A stretch of DNA of 64,000 nucleotides from an uncultured Candidatus Binatia bacterium (GTDB taxonomy: Bacteria > Desulfobacterota > Binatia > UBA9968 > JAJDTQ01). The position numbers and the translations under genes were made by a program. The notes beneath the pieces are model-generated. The model was not told the origin of the DNA and did no database searches. It worked only from the letters and a program-made list of their open reading frames with translations. The DNA lies in contig OZ244070.1 in the NCBI GenBank assembly GCA_965215605.1, positions 960,001 to 1,024,000 on the forward strand. Direction: 5' to 3'. Positions 57,944 to 64,000 of the stretch are shown here, one piece after another. Each line of letters opens with the position of its first letter. Position 1 is the stretch's first letter.

Positions 57944-58867
57944 TCACCCCTGCTCTCCGTCGTCCTTCTTGTCCGCGTCCTTTTCCGGGAACGGCCACCC
58001 CGCGTCGTAGGGGTACGTGTACCGAGGCGGTCGCTTCTCCCTGAAGGCCCGCATGCCTTCCTGGCAGTCCTTGGTGCGGGTGATCTCGAGCACCGACTCC
58101 AGCTCCTGGCGGTAGCCCTCGTCGGTGCGGTTCCAGTTCCAGTACATCTTGATCAACCGTTTGGCGTGGCGCACGGACAGATACGGGTTGGCCGCGATGC
58201 TGCCGGCGAGGGCGAAGGCCTGCTCCATCAGCTCGTCGTGCGGCACCACCTCGTCCACCAGCCCGATGCGCAGCGCCTCCCCGGCGTCGATGATCTCACC
58301 GGTGAGAATCAGGCGCATGGCCCGTCCGATGCCCACGAGCTTGGGCAGGTTGCGCGAACCGCCGCTCTCCGGAACGAATCCCGCGGGCACCGCCACCTCC
58401 CCGAAGCGCGCCCGGTCCGACGCAAGCCGCATGTCGCACAGCGTGGTCATCTCCAGCCCCACGCCCACGGCCGGACCGTTCACCGCCGCGATGGTGGGCT
58501 GCGGCAGGTCCTCCAGCTTGCGCATGGCGCTCTGCAGCACCCGGTGCCGGAGATCGTTCAGGAAGTACTCCGCCAGCTCCTTGTAGGGGCCATCGATACC
58601 ACTCGAGCCCTCGAAGGCGCCCAGCACCGCGCCCTCCGAGGTGAGGTCCCCGCCGGCGCAGAAGCCCCGGCCCGCGCCGGTGAGGATCACCACCTTGAGG
58701 ACCGAGTTGCGGGCGATCTCGTTGCACAGGGCATCGAGCTCCAGCCGCATCAGCGGGTCCACCGCGTTGAGCTGGTCCGGACGGCTCAGGGTGATGACGC
58801 CGATGCAGGGCTCACCCGGCCGCGACGGATTGTCGTGCACGGTCCATTCGAGGGTCTTGTAGTCCAT
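57944..58867 (-). CDS. Enoyl-CoA hydratase/isomerase family protein
   Basis: FCAGGDL, NGPAVGVGLE, GFVPESGG, EGMRAFREKR. Confidence 0.9.
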   Translation of the reverse strand: MDYKTLEWTVHDNPSRPGEPCIGVITLSRPDQLNAVDPLMRLELDALCNEIARNSVLKVVILTGAGRGFCAGGDLTSEGAVLGAFEGSSGIDGPYKELAEYFLNDLRHRVLQSAMRKLEDLPQPTIAAVNGPAVGVGLEMTTLCDMRLASDRARFGEVAVPAGFVPESGGSRNLPKLVGIGRAMRLILTGEIIDAGEALRIGLVDEVVPHDELMEQAFALAGSIAANPYLSVRHAKRLIKMYWNWNRTDEGYRQELESVLEITRTKDCQEGMRAFREKRPPRYTYPYDAGWPFPEKDADKKDDGEQG

Positions 58868-58891
58868 GGCGGCCTGGTCCTTTCGCCCCGA

Positions 58892-60571
58892 TCAGTCCTC
58901 GTCCTCGCCGTAGAAGGACTCGTTGGGCAGGATGTCCTTGGTGGAGCGGCGCTGGCGGGCGATCTTCGCGCCGGTCTTCCAGTACTCGCCCCGGGTGGCC
59001 AGCGCGGCCTCCTGGTCCAGCTCCGGGTTCCAGTCCCCGAGCGAGTAGCCGAACCACGGCGATTGCGGCTCCAGCTCCGGCAGCCCCAACTCCTCCCAGA
59101 GCTTCCGGCCCCGCTCCATGTACTCCCGGGTGGGGAGGGAGATGGGCGGCAGCTTCTCCTTCAGGGTGGCGTCCCAAAGCAAGCACGAGTCGTCGGCGGA
59201 GCCGCGCGCGTCGTGCCGGGGGGCGTGGCCCACGTCCATGCCGTGCATGATCTGGACGTCCCGGTGCGGCTTGGAGCGGTACCCCATGGCCCAGAACACG
59301 GCATCGAGGTTGTCGGGGTCGATGTCCTCATCCACCGCGATGACGATCTTGGACATGGAGGGACGGAACGCCACCGCTCCCATGAGGGCGCGCCACACCT
59401 CCGCGGGACTGGGCTTGCGCATCTGGATGACGGTGAGCTTCTGGGTGGCGGTCAAGGGCTCGTGGAGCATCACCCGCACCACGCTCTTCACCCCAATGCC
59501 GTCCCGGAGATGCTCCAGGTAGAGGGGCTCGTAGGCCATCTTCTTGATCACGCTGGACTCCGAGGGCGTAACCTGGCTGATGATGGAGCAGAGGACGGCG
59601 TCCCGGCGGCGGGTGATGGCGGTCACCTCCATGAACGGGTTGTACTCCTTGGGGTTCACGTGGCCGTGGGACTCGCCGAAGGGCGCCTCGGGTTCCAGCC
59701 ATTCGGTGTTGACGAAGCCTTCGACGATGATCTCCGCGTCCGCCGGCACCATCACCGGCACGGTTCGGGCCTCGGTCACGCGGATGGGCGCCTTGACGAG
59801 GCCCCCCGCCACCGAGAACTCGTCGAGGTCGTAGGCGAGCTTCTGCGCGGCCACGTAGGAGATGGCGGGCACCCCGCCGATGCACAGCGCCACCGGCATC
59901 TTCTCGCCCCGTTCCCGATACTTCAGCCAATGGCGGTAGATCCCCTGCCCCAGCTCGATGGACGGGTTGCAGCCGACCCGGTCCCGCGCCTTGATCATGG
60001 CCCGGTAGGTGCCGATGTTGTGCACTCCGCTTTCGGGATCGCGGGAGACGAAATGAGCGGCGCTCACGTAGGGCGCGTTGTCCCAGCCGGGGGTGGATAT
60101 GGGAACCGGGATGCCGTCCATGCCCTTGCCCCGGCTCTTGAGTTGCGCTCCGGAGAAAACCACTTCGTGCACCGGCGCGGCCGCCGACGGGATCTCCACC
60201 GGGGACACCGGGTTCGTCTTCGCCTCCGCCCACAAGGCATTGATGTCCGTGTCCTCGTCGCACCCGAGGCCGATGCGATAGATGCGCCGGTTGGCCGCCA
60301 GCACGCCGATGGCCACCGGGATATCGTACCGTTTCCCCTTGGCGTCCACCGGCTGCTCGAACAGGAACGCCTTGCGGTCCTTTTCCTTGATGCCTCCCCG
60401 GAACTGCCACCGCACCAGCGGATGCATGTCCTGGTCCTTGTCCACCGGGCGCGCCACCCGGATCAGCAGGCCGGCGTCGTCCAGACGGCGGAGGTGTTCG
60501 TGGAGGTCTGGATAGCCTCGGTCCGGTATCGCCTGCACCGCGCTCGTGGGCCTCGGGTTCCTCTTTGCCAT
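58892..60571 (-). CDS. UbiD family (prFMN-dependent) decarboxylase
   Basis: NIGTYR, VPADAEIIVEG, EAPFGESHG, KIVIAVDEDID, DAT. Confidence 0.92.
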   Translation of the reverse strand: MAKRNPRPTSAVQAIPDRGYPDLHEHLRRLDDAGLLIRVARPVDKDQDMHPLVRWQFRGGIKEKDRKAFLFEQPVDAKGKRYDIPVAIGVLAANRRIYRIGLGCDEDTDINALWAEAKTNPVSPVEIPSAAAPVHEVVFSGAQLKSRGKGMDGIPVPISTPGWDNAPYVSAAHFVSRDPESGVHNIGTYRAMIKARDRVGCNPSIELGQGIYRHWLKYRERGEKMPVALCIGGVPAISYVAAQKLAYDLDEFSVAGGLVKAPIRVTEARTVPVMVPADAEIIVEGFVNTEWLEPEAPFGESHGHVNPKEYNPFMEVTAITRRRDAVLCSIISQVTPSESSVIKKMAYEPLYLEHLRDGIGVKSVVRVMLHEPLTATQKLTVIQMRKPSPAEVWRALMGAVAFRPSMSKIVIAVDEDIDPDNLDAVFWAMGYRSKPHRDVQIMHGMDVGHAPRHDARGSADDSCLLWDATLKEKLPPISLPTREYMERGRKLWEELGLPELEPQSPWFGYSLGDWNPELDQEAALATRGEYWKTGAKIARQRRSTKDILPNESFYGEDED

Positions 60572-61066
60572 GATGGGATCCTTTTTGTGGGGAGTTGCCG
60601 TGCGTGTGGTGTGAGAACAAAACGCCGCAGGGCGTCGAAGAGCCGCTTCCTCGTCCCTCAAGCGCTCGGGCTGTGCAACCGTTCTGACTTCGGCAGTTAG
60701 CCCGAGTGGCGCTTGAGCGTCAGCGTCCGCCGCGCATGTGCGGGAACACTTCCCGAACCGCCGCGCGGCTTCCGGGCGTCAGTATAGGAAGCACGAGGTA
60801 ACAATTCAATGGCGAGGCCACCTCACCTCACTCATCACAAGCCCTCAGCGCGGCTTGGAATTTTTCCTGGACTTGTCCCCCGTGGCATGAGACAGTTGGT
60901 TCCAAGGAATTTCCGGGCCAGATGCTGACGGACTTCGCCAGGGAACTTGACACGGGCGTCACTCCCGAGCGCGACGCCGAGATCGTCGAGGCCCTCTACT
61001 TGGGTAGTTGCTTTTTGGTTACGCTATACTCGGGACAGTTCACACACCGGGAGTGGGAGCGAGATC

Positions 61067-61630
61067 ATGAACAACATTATACGATACCTGACGATCGCCG
61101 TCTTCTGGGCGGGGGTAGCCCTGCTTGGCCTTGCCGGTGAAGCAAGAGCTCAAGGTAGTTGCCCTCTGGCTGCAGCGGATCAGACATCTTACAAGCCTTA
61201 CATCTGCGGCGTGAGCCAACCGGCAGGCGGGACCACCCAGAAAGTGACGTGGCGGGTGACTTTCTCCGAACCGGTGGGCGGAGTCAGTTGGCACGACTTT
61301 ATGACAGAGGATACGTACGACCTGGTCCCAGGCTACACCGACCGCAGGTACGGCCTGGGAACAGTTACTGAAGAAATCAAAAAGGTCAGCAGTACGGTGT
61401 ATGACATCTCTATGGACTGGGACTGTACGGCAGCCGACAATGACTGCTCACACAACGAGGACTTCACCCCGACGTATCAACAGGGAGCCAGGAATGATCG
61501 CTATGTTGGTGAAGTGTGGCTGGAATTGCAGTCCGACGCCGCATTTGATGAAATACACTCGCCGCCTCTGCTCGGCCAGACCAAAAGGAGCCACGTAGGC
61601 GTCCCAACGGCCAGGGTCTCTGTCAATTAA
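61067..61630 (+). CDS. Hypothetical secreted protein with Ig-like segment
   Basis: Signal peptide ending ARA, VTWRVTFSEPVGGV...DF, four Cys; lower GC. Confidence 0.6.
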   Translation: MNNIIRYLTIAVFWAGVALLGLAGEARAQGSCPLAAADQTSYKPYICGVSQPAGGTTQKVTWRVTFSEPVGGVSWHDFMTEDTYDLVPGYTDRRYGLGTVTEEIKKVSSTVYDISMDWDCTAADNDCSHNEDFTPTYQQGARNDRYVGEVWLELQSDAAFDEIHSPPLLGQTKRSHVGVPTARVSVN

Positions 61631-61692
61631 ACCAACCGCCGGTATTGCCAGCGCGGTCCCGCCCTGGACAGTAGCCTGGCCCGCGCCGACGG

Positions 61693-64000
61693 TCATGCGG
61701 CCCACCTCGCCGAAAGAACCTCGGCCTGTTGCAGGACGGTCTGCACAGCAGCGTCCTGAAGATCCGGCGGGTAGCCATGCTTGCGGAGGATACGTTTGAC
61801 CAGCACCCGCATCCGGGCGCGCGCCGACTCGCGGTGCTGCCAGTCCACGGAGGCGTTACTTTTCAAGCTTTTCAGCAATTCATGGGCGATGACGCGAAGG
61901 TGGTCGTTGCCCATCACCTCGACCGCACTTTCATTCTGGGCCAAGGCGTCGTAGAAGGCGATTTCCTCCTGGCTGAGCCCCTCCTCCTCGCCGCGCTGGT
62001 TTGCGGCGCGGATGTCCCTGGCAAGTCCGATCAGTTCCTGCAGGACCTCTGCCGTTGTGATGGCGTTGCCGTGATAGCGGGCGATCGCTTCCTCCAGCCT
62101 CTGGGAGAAGGCGCGCGTCTGCACCACGTTGATCCGGCTTCGTGAACGAAGCTCGCCGTCGATGAGCTTGCGCAGCGCTTCCATGGCCAAGTTCTTCTTC
62201 TCCATTCCCTGAATCTCGGCGAGGAATTCGTCGGAAAGGATGGAGATGTCCGGCGTGTCCAGCCCGGCGGCTTCGAGAATATCCACGATCTCGGTCGAGA
62301 CGACGGCGCGGCTCACGATCTGCTGCACGGCCAAGTCCCGCTCGGCGGAGGACTTGCCGGCGCCGGGCACGCTCTTTGCAAGTGCCGCGCGCACCGTCTG
62401 GAAGAAACCCACTTCGTCGCGAATGTTTCGGGCCTCGTCGCTGGCGGCGGCGAGCGCGAAGGCCCTGGAGAGCGCCAGCACGGCGTCGTTGAAGCGGCGA
62501 TGGGCGCGCTTCTTGCCGTCGTCGGTCGCTTCCCCGGTCGACTCGCGTTGCTGCAGATCGAGGACCCACTCGATGGCGCCGGCAAGTGCTGCCAGCCGTT
62601 CCTGTGGCGATCCGGCAAGCCCCTTGCGGTAGTCGAGACCGTGGAACATGGCGCTCACGATCTCGTACTTCTCCAGCATCACCGCAACGGCTTCGGCCTC
62701 TTCGATGCCCGCGTGCCTCCGATCATCGCCTGAGTATCGGCCAAGGGCGGACTTCAGATTCTGCGCGATGCCGATGTAGTCCACAATGAGTCCGGCCGGC
62801 TTGTCGCGGAACACGCGGTTGACGCGGGCGATGGCCTGCATGAGCCCGTGCCCCCGCATGGGCTTGTCGATGTACATCGTGTGAAGGCTCGGAGCGTCGA
62901 ACCCGGTCAGCCACATGTCCCGCACGACCACCAGCTTGAGCGCGTCGTCCGGATCCTTGATCCGCTTGGCGAGCAACTCCCGGCGTGCCTTGCTTCCGAT
63001 GTGCCGCTGCCATTCCTTCGGGTCCGACGCCGAGCCGGTCATGACGATCTTGAGGACGCCGCTTTCGTCGTCGTTGCTGTGCCATTCCGGGCGCAGCTTG
63101 ACGATCTCGCCGTAGAGCGCGACGCAGATCCGGCGGCTCATGCAGACGATCATGGCCTTGCCGTCCAGGCCGACGACGCGGTTCTGGAAATGCTCGACCA
63201 AGTCGCGGGCAACCAGACGCAGACGCTTCTCAGCCCCGACGACGGCCTCGACGTTCGCCCATCTGCGCTTGAGCCGCTCCTGTTCGCCTTCGGCCTCGTC
63301 CTAAGTCAACTCCGCGATCTCATCGTCGAGCGCCGGCTTCTCGTCCTCGTCGAGTTCAATGCGGGCAAGGCGGCTCTCGTAGTAGATCGGCACCGTCGCG
63401 CCGTCCTCGACGCCCCGGTTGATGTCGTAGACGTCGATGTAATGGCCGAACACGGCCGGCGTGCTCACGTCTTCCTTCTCGATCGGCGTGCCGGTGAAGC
63501 CGATAAACGAGGCGTTGGGCAGGGCGTCACGCAGGTACTTGGCGAAGCCGTAGGAGATTTCTCCGGTCTTGCCCGCCACCTTGGCCCGGAAACCGTATTG
63601 GCTGCGATGCGCCTCATCGGCGATGACCACGACGTTGCGGCGGTTGGTGAGCACCGGATAGTCGGTCTCGCCGGATTCGGGCGCGAACTTCTGGATGGTC
63701 GTGAACACCACGCCGCCGGAGGGGCGGGTCAGCACCTTCTGCAGATCTTCGCGGCTGTCGGCCTGCCGCGGGGTCTGGCGGAGCAGGTCGCGGCACATCG
63801 AAAACGTGCCGAACAACTGGTCGTCGAGGTCGTTGCGGTCGGTGACGACGACCACGGTCGGATTCTGCATCTCCGGATAGGCGATGACCTGTCCGGCGTA
63901 GAAGGCCATCAGCAGGCTCTTGCCGGAGCCCTGGGTGTGCCAGATGACGCCGATGCGCTTGTCGCCCTGTTGCTGTGATTCAACCGAAGGCAGTCCGTAT
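61693..64000 (-). pseudogene. hsdR: Type I restriction endonuclease subunit R with internal amber stop (5' end beyond window)
   Basis: [60 protein letters not shown]; in-frame TAG at 63303-63301. Confidence 0.9.

Noticed and set aside
56027-60700. 1557-aa ORF on the + strand
   Set aside because: Antisense shadow of the ligase, crotonase and UbiD genes; no motifs; long stop-free antisense frames are expected at this GC content
60922-61140. 72-aa ORF MLTDFARELDTG..
   Set aside because: Overlaps the better-supported 61067 gene and shows no family motif; may be a remnant but cannot be supported
63301-63303. Pyrrolysine or amber read-through in hsdR
   Set aside because: No pyl genes seen, HsdR is not a known Pyl protein, and TAG serves as a normal stop for many genes in this window
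1-64000. CRISPR array, rRNA, intact IS/transposase or attL/attR duplication of the tRNA end
   Set aside because: No regularly spaced direct repeats, rRNA-like sequence, transposase ORF or second copy of the tRNA-Val 3' end seen by eye

Overview
High-GC (roughly two-thirds G+C) bacterial chromosomal region. It is densely packed with catabolic enzymes and orphan solute-binding proteins, plus an ankyrin protein and a TbpB-like remnant; this content resembles Binatia/deltaproteobacterial-type, possibly sponge-associated genomes (inference only). Core genes are tRNA-Val(CAC), nfo, rnr, an asmA-like gene and a partial paa (phenylacetyl-CoA lower pathway) cluster with TetR. Other loci are a znuA/aztD zinc pair under Fur/Zur-like boxes, three amidohydrolases, LLM, MmgE/PrpD, GMC, FAH, MaiA, DapA-like and a UbiD/crotonase/CoA-ligase operon. 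Decayed mobile material includes a hicA remnant with intact hicB at the tRNA 3' end, an island after rnr (toxin, TbpB-like, Slam-like and integrase remnants) and a type I hsdR broken by an amber stop. Two highlights: (1) a small AhpD-like selenoprotein gene missed by the ORF track (CxxU via in-frame UGA plus a SECIS-like hairpin, 2325-2591 minus); (2) a seven-gene minus-strand operon with three heme-oxygenase-like diiron proteins, a gamma-glutamyltransferase, two VOC proteins and a TctC-type binding protein (46613-52345). All family calls come from motif recognition by eye, not database searches.
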